Below the pieces are notes generated by a model, which was not told the origin of the DNA, did not search any database, and worked only from the letters and a program-made list of their open reading frames with translations. From positions 1 to 63,327 of the IMG/VR virus record IMGVR_UViG_3300025325_000020: DNA of 63,327 nucleotides, one strand, 5' to 3'. This DNA comes from a virus (taxonomy: Duplodnaviria; Caudoviricetes). Made by a program: the position numbers and the translations under genes. Below are positions 18,718 to 26,521 of the stretch, in pieces; within the stretch, counting starts at the first letter, position 1; every line of letters starts with the position of its first letter.

Positions 18718-19638
18718 ATGCTTTTTGCAATGCTCCAAGGGATAAATGATTTTTTGGATCGATCGGGGTATGCGCAAACGACTCAAGAGCTATATCGATA
18801 TTATTTGCTCCACTTTGCCGCCTGGATGGGGGATTGCGGTCTGGAAACGGGCCGCCTCGAAAGGGACGGTCTGGCGGCCTGGCTGGACGCCTTCGGCTGG
18901 CAGGGGGATACGCGCTACGCGGCGGCCTGCGCGGTGAAGGCGTTCCTGCGCTATGCTTGCGGGAGCGCCCACCCGGCTTTAGCCTGCAAGGTCAGGCGGC
19001 GCAAGCCCCGCCCGCAGAGAACGCTGACCTGCGCTCAGGTCCAGGCTTTACTCGAGAGCATCAACACGGCCCGCGCCTCGGGGGTGCGCAACCTGGCGCT
19101 CGTTACGCTCATGCTGGATACCGGCTTCCGCGCGGCGGAGGTGTGCCGTTTGCAGGCCCGCGACATGGACATGCAGCGCCGCGCCGCCTGGGTGATCGTC
19201 AAAGGGGGGGAGTGGGGGTTGGGGGTGTATTGCGCGTACACGGCGGCCTGCCTGGCCGCCTGGCTGCCGGTGCTGGAGCGCCTGGCCAGGCCGGGGGTGG
19301 GCGCCTTGTTCATCGGGGTGGAGACCCACGCCGGCTGGCCGCTTACCCCCGATGGCCTGCGCTCCACGTTCCGCGCCCTGGGGAAGCGGGCCGGCCTCGG
19401 CCTGATCAGCCCGCACGACCTGCGGCGCACGTTTTGCACGATGATGCTGGCCGCCGGCGCCCCGACTCGCCTGGTGCAACTGGCCGGGCGCTGGAGCAGC
19501 CTGGCGATGGTGGAGCGGTACAGCCGGATGCTCGATACGTTCGCCGCCGTGCGCTATTCGCCGGTCATGGCGGCGATGGGACTGCCGGGCGCGATGGGAC
19601 TGCCGGGCGGAGACGGGCAGGAACGAAAAAACCCCTAA
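18718..19638 (+). CDS. int: Tyrosine recombinase/integrase (compact, Xer-like size)
   Basis: R (TGFR), K (VKGG), HxxR (HDLRR), W (GRW), Y (ERY); GGAGG RBS. Confidence 0.92.
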   Translation: MLFAMLQGINDFLDRSGYAQTTQELYRYYLLHFAAWMGDCGLETGRLERDGLAAWLDAFGWQGDTRYAAACAVKAFLRYACGSAHPALACKVRRRKPRPQRTLTCAQVQALLESINTARASGVRNLALVTLMLDTGFRAAEVCRLQARDMDMQRRAAWVIVKGGEWGLGVYCAYTAACLAAWLPVLERLARPGVGALFIGVETHAGWPLTPDGLRSTFRALGKRAGLGLISPHDLRRTFCTMMLAAGAPTRLVQLAGRWSSLAMVERYSRMLDTFAAVRYSPVMAAMGLPGAMGLPGGDGQERKNP

Positions 19639-19705
19639 CCTTGCTTACCGTTCATCGTGCGAACGGCAAGCGATCGGCTTACGTGCCAATTCATTTTACC
19701 ATCTT

Positions 19706-19778
19706 GCCGCCCTAGCTCATCCGGTAGAGCAGGCGTTTCGTAAACGCCAGGTGATCGGTTCGACCCCGATGGGCGGCT
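19706..19778 (+). tRNA. tRNA-Thr(CGT), CCA not encoded
   Basis: Acceptor GCCGCCC/GGGCGGC, D arm GCTC/GAGC, anticodon stem GGCGT/ACGCC with loop TTCGTAA, T arm ATCGG-TTCGACC-CCGAT. Confidence 0.9.
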
Positions 19779-19820
19779 CTGGTTTTATTTGAACCTTATT
19801 ATGTTGTTAAGGTGCCACTT

Positions 19821-19924
19821 TCCGAGGTCGGCGCCCACGGCGGAGAGCCGTAGCGATTTTTGCGGAAGGTTACTTCCGTGTATGCAGTGACCCAACCGGC
19901 GACGCCGTGGGCGCCGATCTCGGA
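19821..19924. repeat. 22-bp inverted repeat enclosing an inner palindrome (candidate structured RNA)
   Basis: TCCGAGGTCGGCGCCCACGGCG / CGCCGTGGGCGCCGATCTCGGA, one G-U on the + strand. Confidence 0.7.
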
Positions 19925-19951
19925 GCCAATGCTGTTTTTGCATTGGCGTTT
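19925..19951 (+). terminator. Terminator-like hairpin
   Basis: GCCAATGC/GCATTGGC then GTTT. Confidence 0.45.
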
Positions 19952-19955
19952 CCAG

Positions 19956-20174
19956 TTATCTGGGCTTCTTGATCGGGCTGTTCGTGGGCTTTACGCCTGC
20001 AAACAAGGCCACCAGCAGGAAGAAGAGCCAGAAGGCAATCGAGAGCGCGTCAAGCGGCAGGATTCTACCCACCAGAAGCCAGCTCAGCACAAATACGCTG
20101 AGCCAGGCGATAGCCAGCAACGGGATTCGGCCAAGCTGGGAGAGGTCATTTACAAAATCGTCATCATGGTTCAT
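19956..20174 (-). CDS. Small two-TM membrane protein
   Basis: Two hydrophobic helices; GAGG RBS. Confidence 0.5.
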   Translation of the reverse strand: MNHDDDFVNDLSQLGRIPLLAIAWLSVFVLSWLLVGRILPLDALSIAFWLFFLLVALFAGVKPTNSPIKKPR

Positions 20175-20206
20175 GGGGCAACCTCACATGAGAAAGACTG
20201 TGCGGC

Positions 20207-20752
20207 ATGAGGGCTAAAACAACCCTGGTCGTGATGGGCATAGCCGTGTTTCTGTGCGCCTTGACCGTCGTGGCCGTGCAGATCATGAGCACTGTCGGGC
20301 AGGCGGACCGCAAGACCGGAGCAGCTTTGCAATCCCCTGCGCCCAGCCGGACGCCGGGCCCCACCCTCGCCCCCACCCCGACTCTGCCTCCGGCCGAGCA
20401 GCTCCTGGCGGACCTGAGCGTCCTGGGCGGGGAGGCCGGGCTCGAAGACGGCGCGGTCGCGGTCCGCTGGAACATCGGCGACGCGTTTACGGACGAAGGC
20501 GCACGCCGTCGGGCGAAGGTGGAGGCGGCCGGCTTTTTGCGCAAGATCGCCGAAAGCGGGATAGACTACACCGGCGTCTGGCTCTCCGGCTGGCTGCCGC
20601 TGGTGGACGTGTATGGAGTCGAGACGAACACCGAGGTGGTGCGCCTGTACTATTCCAGGGAGACCCTGGGGAAGATCGACTGGCGCAATTTCGACAAGGA
20701 CAATACCTGGCTCATCGCCGATGAAGGTGAAGTACACCGGCTGATGCGCTGA
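20207..20752 (+). CDS. Membrane-anchored extracellular protein with Pro/Thr linker (superinfection-exclusion candidate)
   Basis: N-terminal TM; 'PSRTPGPTLAPTPTLPP'; lysogeny-region position. Confidence 0.6.
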   Translation: MRAKTTLVVMGIAVFLCALTVVAVQIMSTVGQADRKTGAALQSPAPSRTPGPTLAPTPTLPPAEQLLADLSVLGGEAGLEDGAVAVRWNIGDAFTDEGARRRAKVEAAGFLRKIAESGIDYTGVWLSGWLPLVDVYGVETNTEVVRLYYSRETLGKIDWRNFDKDNTWLIADEGEVHRLMR

Positions 20753-20879
20753 AATGCTTTGAAAGAGGGAAAGACAATTTATCATGGCGTTACCCGCCTA
20801 ATCGGCGGTTAATGGCTCCTGCTCCTGGGTGACTGGCGAGTCGCTGCGTTACGGGAAACCGTAACGGCGGATCAGGGAA

Positions 20880-20914
20880 GAGCACCCTGGCTTATAGCTG
20901 GGGTGCTCGATTTT
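20880..20914 (+). terminator. Terminator hairpin between convergent genes
   Basis: GAGCACCCTGGC/GCTGGGGTGCTC then GATTTT. Confidence 0.6.
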
Positions 20915-21164
20915 AACCTACCAAATCTCCGATTTCTACTTCCAGCATCGTGGCGAGGATCTTCAATGTCTTGGTCGTGGTGTTCGGTTCCCCGTCGTAC
21001 AGGCGCTTGGCCGTATCGATGCCAATGCCCCATTCGATACAACGACCGAGGAACTTTGCCCGATCCCACCCTTTGGCTTCGAGTAGAGCCGGAATCTTAC
21101 TGATCGGTCTCGGCTCTCCCATGACTGCCTTCCTTTCCTGAATTTGCGAAATCGCGATATCCAT
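20913..21164 (-). CDS. Cro/C1-type HTH regulator
   Basis: 'GIGIDTAKRLY...TLKILATMLEVEIGDL'; alternative start at 21122. Confidence 0.8.
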   Translation of the reverse strand: MDIAISQIQERKAVMGEPRPISKIPALLEAKGWDRAKFLGRCIEWGIGIDTAKRLYDGEPNTTTKTLKILATMLEVEIGDLVG

Positions 21165-21194
21165 ATTCACCTCACAAGTAAAGCTATTTCCAGG

Positions 21195-21223
21195 ATTGTA
21201 GCAAAATAGTGGGGATTTGTCAA
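21195..21223 (-). promoter_or_regulatory. Leftward sigma70-type promoter (PL)
   Basis: TTGACA-17-TACAAT with extended TG. Confidence 0.85.
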
Positions 21224-21257
21224 TATGAAACACTTGTATTTTTGCAAGGAAAAATAC

Positions 21258-21286
21258 TTGACAAAGGAATTAGATTATGCTATATT
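21258..21286 (+). promoter_or_regulatory. Rightward sigma70-type promoter (PR)
   Basis: TTGACA-17-TATATT with extended TG. Confidence 0.85.
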
Positions 21287-21480
21287 TAAGACGACTCGCC
21301 AGTCAACGACCCATCGAAAGAGTGATGGTCATCCAGGAGCGTAGCATTTCCCCCTCGTAAGATTTTCAATCGAGACGGCTGCGCTCAGCAAGTCGGACGA
21401 ATTCATCGATATTATTTTAGCACCAGCCCGGTGCATGGTCTTATTTCCGACCGTACAGATTCGCAAGGAGCATCGCAGCC

Positions 21481-21831
21481 ATGTCCCAAACCACTTTCTA
21501 CAGCCGTAACTTTGTAGGCTGGCCCCCCGTCCACCTCTCCCAGTTCAACAATCCCAACTCCGCCTACTGGCGCGAGCGGGCCAACGCCGCTGCCAACCGC
21601 TTCGACGGGGCGGCGCATGAATTCATGACCAAGGCCGAATGGGAATGGCTCAATGACCAGGTGTACGCCTGCCTGGGCCAGACGGCTACCTGGAAGGCGT
21701 TCTACGAGACCTACCAGAAGATCCTGGATGGGCTGAAAACGGGCGTGACCATGCAAGCCATAGCCTTTGCGGCGGGAGTATTGGCGGAGCAGCCAGAATC
21801 GGAAGAGAAAGTTTTGGAGGGAGCGAAATGA
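21481..21831 (+). CDS. Early hypothetical protein
   Basis: AAGGAG RBS; first ORF after PR. Confidence 0.7.
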   Translation: MSQTTFYSRNFVGWPPVHLSQFNNPNSAYWRERANAAANRFDGAAHEFMTKAEWEWLNDQVYACLGQTATWKAFYETYQKILDGLKTGVTMQAIAFAAGVLAEQPESEEKVLEGAK

Positions 21832-22229
21832 AGACATTACAAGAAGCAGTCGATCAGCGTATGGCCGAGCGCGCTGAAGCGCAAAGGCTGGCCGATGAAA
21901 AGGCCGCAATGGAGCAGCGGGCTGAAGAAGAGCGTGAAATGTGGGTCGCTCAGGAAATCCGCAAGGCGCTGGAAGAGCAGTACGACATGAGCCTGGGGGA
22001 TCTATCTGTGAAGGCCAGCGAAAGGCTTGATGGCCTTTTCACCATTACCATCCAGGGTTTTGAACGTCACGATGATCTCGTCGAGCTTTTACAGCCAGGC
22101 TATTTCAGAAATGGGGCAGCGGGCTTACAGGCTGAGACAGTCCAAGGAAAATATAAGGCCACTAATTACGGCAACTACTATTTTTGCGAAGACTTGCTCG
22201 ATGCTTTGATCGTGGCTATGGGACGGTGA
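21828..22229 (+). CDS. Hypothetical protein
   Basis: GGAGG RBS, ATGA coupling. Confidence 0.65.
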   Translation: MKTLQEAVDQRMAERAEAQRLADEKAAMEQRAEEEREMWVAQEIRKALEEQYDMSLGDLSVKASERLDGLFTITIQGFERHDDLVELLQPGYFRNGAAGLQAETVQGKYKATNYGNYYFCEDLLDALIVAMGR

Positions 22230-22243
22230 AAGGAACGATTAAC

Positions 22244-22870
22244 ATGATTACCGAAATCACCGTAAACGGCCATATTTACACCGTCGCCCACTCCGACCAC
22301 GGCGATATCTCCGTGACCGGCCAGGTCAGGACCGCGGCCGGCTCGCTCTGGCCCAACCTGGTGGACGGCTTGTACGCCGCCTTTCGCGAGCTGGATATCC
22401 CGGCCGGGAAACTGGAGCACGAGAGAAATGGGGCGCTGGTATTCCACTTCGGCTCCGGTTTGGCCTTAGATATTGCCCGCAAGGCGTTCAAGGCATTTAT
22501 TGCGGAGGATGCGATTCTTACCGGCCTGCGCGCGGGCGCCGAAACCTTGTTCCGCCGCCACCGCCTGGCGGAGTTGGCCGGTCTTGCCCTGGGGCGGGGG
22601 CTCTTTTACCGCGATCCATCCAGGGAGATCCAGCGCAGAATGAGCGAGCGCCTGGATGTACTGGCCGGTGAGTTCAAGCATGTCTATAAGAACTATATGC
22701 TTGCCGAGCGTGACTGGACGTACTGGCTCGTCCAGCTCCACGACTCGTTCCAGGCAGCGCGCCGCATCCCTCTGCAGGACGGCGACCGCGAGTGGCTGCG
22801 GGAGCGCGTCGCCGATGTCTACGAGCGCATTCATGGGGACGTTGTCGAGCGCGTCTCGGAGGACTGGTAG
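22244..22870 (+). CDS. Hypothetical protein
   Basis: AAGGA RBS. Confidence 0.6.
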   Translation: MITEITVNGHIYTVAHSDHGDISVTGQVRTAAGSLWPNLVDGLYAAFRELDIPAGKLEHERNGALVFHFGSGLALDIARKAFKAFIAEDAILTGLRAGAETLFRRHRLAELAGLALGRGLFYRDPSREIQRRMSERLDVLAGEFKHVYKNYMLAERDWTYWLVQLHDSFQAARRIPLQDGDREWLRERVADVYERIHGDVVERVSEDW

Positions 22871-23119
22871 ATGTTCGGCTTGTTCTGGTGCGACTTCGAC
22901 CCCAAGACCGGCCTGGAAGAAAAGCTCCGCCTGGCCGCCGCCTACTTCCAGAAGAAGCACGGCCAAGAGCCTGTCACGTGCTACGTGAATCTCTCCGCCA
23001 TGGCAGGCGAGAGTACCCAGGCTGCCGGTATGCAGCTCGTAGCCCACAGGAGCGTTTTACCCAACCATTTTATTCTCAGCATTGAATCCGAGCACTCTCG
23101 AAATGAGGCGCCGTCATGA
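22871..23119 (+). CDS. Hypothetical protein
   Basis: GGAGG RBS. Confidence 0.6.
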   Translation: MFGLFWCDFDPKTGLEEKLRLAAAYFQKKHGQEPVTCYVNLSAMAGESTQAAGMQLVAHRSVLPNHFILSIESEHSRNEAPS

Positions 23120-23403
23120 ACGCACCCCCCACCCCAACCCAAGTCTATAAGAGTCTCATGGAGCAAGCCCCCATGATCCGCGATCCCAACTCCACCTATT
23201 GGCAGGCCCGCTTCTCTGCCGCCGCCCGCCGGCTGGCCGCCCTGCTGGGCGCCGAGCGCTACAACGCCTGGTACGAGCGGCGCTTCCCCGGGGAAGGGCT
23301 GCTCAGCCAGTACACCTGGCAGGAGAAGCACGACCGTACCGAGGCGGTCCTGGAGAGGGCGGCTAAATTGCACGCGTTCGAGGCGCCGGAGCGGGCGCGA
23401 TGA
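23116..23403 (+). CDS. Hypothetical protein, probable paralog of 21481-21831
   Basis: Shared 'PNSxYWxxR..AAAxR' motif. Confidence 0.6.
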   Translation: MNAPPTPTQVYKSLMEQAPMIRDPNSTYWQARFSAAARRLAALLGAERYNAWYERRFPGEGLLSQYTWQEKHDRTEAVLERAAKLHAFEAPERAR

Positions 23404-23648
23404 GCGGCGGCGCGGTCCTCGATCGGACCTTTGCCAGCGCGGCCGATGCGCTTGCCAAAGCTCTGCCTGCCGAAGTGCGCGCGGAGTGCGACCGCATCCT
23501 GGGCGAGAATGCCGGCCCGCGCGAGCGCTGGTCTTACTACGACATGACCCTCACCGGCATGGTGGGCCGCGGCGAAGCCGAGAAACCGGCCTGGTGGCCG
23601 GTAGTGGAGGATCCCCAGGATGATAACGGTCGGAATCTCGTCCCATAG
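23400..23648 (+). CDS. Hypothetical protein
   Basis: ATGA coupling. Confidence 0.55.
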   Translation: MSGGAVLDRTFASAADALAKALPAEVRAECDRILGENAGPRERWSYYDMTLTGMVGRGEAEKPAWWPVVEDPQDDNGRNLVP

Positions 23649-24024
23649 AACGCCCAACGAGATCGACGGGCCGGACCTGGGGTCATCCCATAGAGCGCCC
23701 AACGAGATCGTGCGCCTGGACTTTTTCCAGGTCCCCGCCGGCTGGGTGCTGACCCGCTACCGCTTCCAGGGCTGCTACCTACCCGTAGCGCGCGAGAACA
23801 AGGACTCCTTAGACCTGGAAGAAGCCCTGGCCTGGTGCCTGGCCGAGCACTGGCTGGTGCGGCGATGGCCGGGCGGGGCGCGGGTCTGGAAATACGATCT
23901 GCTGCCCGTGCGCAGCGGCAGGCAGGCGGAAAGGATGGTGAGAGAAGGCTTGCTCAAAATTGGCCCGGACTGGGCCGAACAGGGAATAGAGATAGATAAG
24001 ATCGATTTTAGATACGATCTATAA
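23620..24024 (+). CDS. Hypothetical protein
   Basis: GGAGG RBS; N-terminal duplicated peptide. Confidence 0.55.
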   Translation: MITVGISSHRTPNEIDGPDLGSSHRAPNEIVRLDFFQVPAGWVLTRYRFQGCYLPVARENKDSLDLEEALAWCLAEHWLVRRWPGGARVWKYDLLPVRSGRQAERMVREGLLKIGPDWAEQGIEIDKIDFRYDL

Positions 24025-24061
24025 ACAATAACTCACCATAAACCACAAAAAGGAAATCAAA

Positions 24062-24919
24062 ATGGATCCCATTACAATCGATTCGGAATTAGCCAAGAAA
24101 CTGGAAGGCGGCATGCGCTCCGGCGAGGCCATCGAGCTGCCTTTCCCGGTCGTCTATGTCTGGGCCTTGAATGGGCAGGCAGGTTATAAGTCCCAGGGCG
24201 GCGCATTGTATTACGGCGGCTGGGCGGCGAAAGCCGAGGATGCCAACGCCCTGGCGCAGACCACCGGCGTCAATATCCCGGCCGGCTGGAATCCGGTGGT
24301 CATTGCCTCGCGGGACGGGAGCGAGTTTGAAGCCTATACGACCCGCTACCTGTTCGTGGCCCCTATCGGCAAGCGCGAGAGCTGGCTGCTAGACGGCAAG
24401 CGTTATCCCGCCTACATCGAAGGCGGGCGGCGCCATCTGCAGGCGCTGTGCTATTTAGCCGAGCAGCTCGGCGAGAAAGGCAGCTTCACCTACGAGCCGT
24501 GGGGGCCGGTGGTCTTGACCGCTAAGGGATACCAGGCCCGCAACATGCTGGACGCTTTTGCCCGCTGGAACAAGGCCACTGCCTCCATTCGCTACAAGAT
24601 CGCCCCCGGCGTTCCGGCCTGGTGCTTCTACTTGCTGGTGGGCACTTATGGGCGCGAGCGGCTTGCGATCAACGTGGGCAAGCCGGGCGCGCAAAGCCCG
24701 ATCACGCCCATCTCGGTTTATGTGGCCGATAAGCTGAAAGAAGACGATATCTCCGGGCTGTTCGTGGGGAGCAAGGTGGCCGTGGAGATGTCGAATTACC
24801 AAGACCAGGCCGCCGAATGGCTGGGAGCCTGGAAGCAGCCGATCGTCGATGGGGCGCAGGAAGCGGAGCAGTTCGCGCCCGAGAACGCCGCCCCGGCGGA
24901 AGACGATATCCCGTTCTAG
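24062..24919 (+). CDS. ssDNA-binding/annealing-like protein
   Basis: Acidic tail ending 'EDDIPF' like SSB C-termini; near the Cas4-like nuclease. Confidence 0.6.
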   Translation: MDPITIDSELAKKLEGGMRSGEAIELPFPVVYVWALNGQAGYKSQGGALYYGGWAAKAEDANALAQTTGVNIPAGWNPVVIASRDGSEFEAYTTRYLFVAPIGKRESWLLDGKRYPAYIEGGRRHLQALCYLAEQLGEKGSFTYEPWGPVVLTAKGYQARNMLDAFARWNKATASIRYKIAPGVPAWCFYLLVGTYGRERLAINVGKPGAQSPITPISVYVADKLKEDDISGLFVGSKVAVEMSNYQDQAAEWLGAWKQPIVDGAQEAEQFAPENAAPAEDDIPF

Positions 24920-25001
24920 AAAAACCAGGCCGGATTTCCCCCGGCCCCTGGAAGCCTGCCCCGCAGCGCGACCCTGCGGGGCAGGGGAAAGGCTGAAGAA
25001 T

Positions 25002-25523
25002 ATGCTTTGTTTAACGATTACTCAACCTTGGGCAACACTGACCGCAATCGGGGCGAAGAATATCGAGACCCGCTCCTGGGGAACCAAATATCGCGGCCCG
25101 TTGGCTCTCCACGCGGCCAAGGGTTTCCCGGGGGACGCGCGTACGCTTTGTTTTCGGCAGCCATTCCATGACGTCCTGGTCACCCACGGGTATATCGATA
25201 TCGAAAGCGAGCGGGTAGAAAGCCTGTGCTGGGATCGGTTTCCGTTGGGCGCGGTAGTCGCCGTGTGCACGCTGGTGGGTTGCGTGCGGTTCGGTTATAT
25301 GCCGGTATGGTTTGATCCACCGACGGGGACGATTGCCAAATCCTATGAGCCTCACGGCGGTTTTATCCAGATCCCTCCAGATAAGGACGATCCCGAATAC
25401 TCCTTCGGTGATTATTCTACCGGGCGCTATGCCTGGATTCTTTCCGATATCCGCCCTTTGCCCGAGCCTGTCCCGGCCCGCGGCGCCCTCGGCCTGTGGG
25501 AATGGCAGGGAAAAACGCCATGA
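25002..25523 (+). CDS. ASCH domain protein
   Basis: 'LTITQPWA...GAKNIETRSW..YRGPLALHA...ARGALGLW'. Confidence 0.88.
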   Translation: MLCLTITQPWATLTAIGAKNIETRSWGTKYRGPLALHAAKGFPGDARTLCFRQPFHDVLVTHGYIDIESERVESLCWDRFPLGAVVAVCTLVGCVRFGYMPVWFDPPTGTIAKSYEPHGGFIQIPPDKDDPEYSFGDYSTGRYAWILSDIRPLPEPVPARGALGLWEWQGKTP

Positions 25524-25720
25524 AAATCAAGATCGTTTTTATCGCCTTGCTCCTCTCAATCCTGCTCCTGGGCGCGCTGGCGGCCATGGATATCCAGGCT
25601 TATCTGCAATCTGCGCCGGGGATTGCCACCCTGACCGGCGCGGCCGGGGAGTTCCATGTTCAGCTCACGCAGATGTCTGTCATCGAAACCGCGCTTGCCA
25701 CGCCGGGAGCGACGCCGTGA
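25520..25720 (+). CDS. Small protein with N-terminal TM/signal
   Basis: Hydrophobic N-terminus; coupled at both ends. Confidence 0.5.
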   Translation: MKIKIVFIALLLSILLLGALAAMDIQAYLQSAPGIATLTGAAGEFHVQLTQMSVIETALATPGATP

Positions 25721-26355
25721 ACACCCGCGAGCTCGAAAAATCCCTGGTCAATTACATCGTGGCCCATTCCGGCCACGACGGGAAGCGCTCCTACATCGGG
25801 CTGTCCGGCATCGGCGACTGCCCGCGGGCCATCTACCTGCGCCACGTGCACGGCGAGGAGCCGCCTTCGGTCGCCCAGCACCTGAAGTTCAAGCGCGGCT
25901 ACGAGGCGGAGGAAGCTATAATCCGCTACCTGCGCGGCCTGGGCCTGTACCGCGCCGGCGAGACCATCCGCCTGTACGACGGGCTGGTGCAGGGCCATAC
26001 GGACGGGCGCATCCGAGCGAGCTCGGACCGGATCGGGGACAGCCTGCTCGAGATAAAATCGGTGGCCGTTCCGGAGCATTTCCCCGAAGGGGAGCGCGTG
26101 CCGCTGCGCGTCTACTGGCAAACCACTGCCTACATGCACTACCTCGGGCGACGCTACTGCCACGTCATCTACCTGGCCTGCTCGAGCGGCGAGCCGCGCC
26201 TGTACGGGGTGAGCTACCGCCCTGGCCTGGGCCGCCAGATCGAAGACAAGGTGAACGGCCTGGTAGAGGCCGTGCGCGCCTGCCAGATCCCGGCTTGCTC
26301 GTGCGGGCGCTGCGGGGCCGGCGGGCTGGTAGGGAAGGATGGATATTATGAGTAA
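25717..26355 (+). CDS. Cas4-like PD-(D/E)XK exonuclease
   Basis: 'IGDCPR', 'GHTDG', 'LLEIKS', 'QTTAY', C-terminal CSCGRC. Confidence 0.8.
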   Translation: MNTRELEKSLVNYIVAHSGHDGKRSYIGLSGIGDCPRAIYLRHVHGEEPPSVAQHLKFKRGYEAEEAIIRYLRGLGLYRAGETIRLYDGLVQGHTDGRIRASSDRIGDSLLEIKSVAVPEHFPEGERVPLRVYWQTTAYMHYLGRRYCHVIYLACSSGEPRLYGVSYRPGLGRQIEDKVNGLVEAVRACQIPACSCGRCGAGGLVGKDGYYE

Positions 26356-26521
26356 TCGGCGGAAGATTACTTCCGGACCGAACCCGCAACCGGATGGCTG
26401 CCTGGACGAGATCGCCGCCATCTTGACCGGGTTGTTGATCATCGCCTTTGCCGGCCTGGCCGCGCTGTTGATCCAGGCGCTGCTGACGCCGGTGCTAAGA
26501 ATCTTAGGAGTGCTCCCATGA
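26348..26521 (+). CDS. Small membrane protein
   Basis: Long hydrophobic stretch; ATGA-coupled to parB. Confidence 0.5.
   Translation: MSNRRKITSGPNPQPDGCLDEIAAILTGLLIIAFAGLAALLIQALLTPVLRILGVLP

Noticed and set aside
19821-19924. IS or MITE terminal inverted repeats
   Set aside because: No transposase, no target-site duplication and no second copy seen
20830-21305. Invertible promoter segment bounded by 14-bp inverted repeats
   Set aside because: Downgraded, not excluded: the extra 9-bp match beyond a looped-out hairpin fits RNA pairing better
23641-23710. Mini CRISPR array (repeat-spacer-repeat), given the nearby Cas4-like gene
   Set aside because: Only two copies, in frame within an ORF; no cas operon; solo Cas4-like nucleases are common in phages
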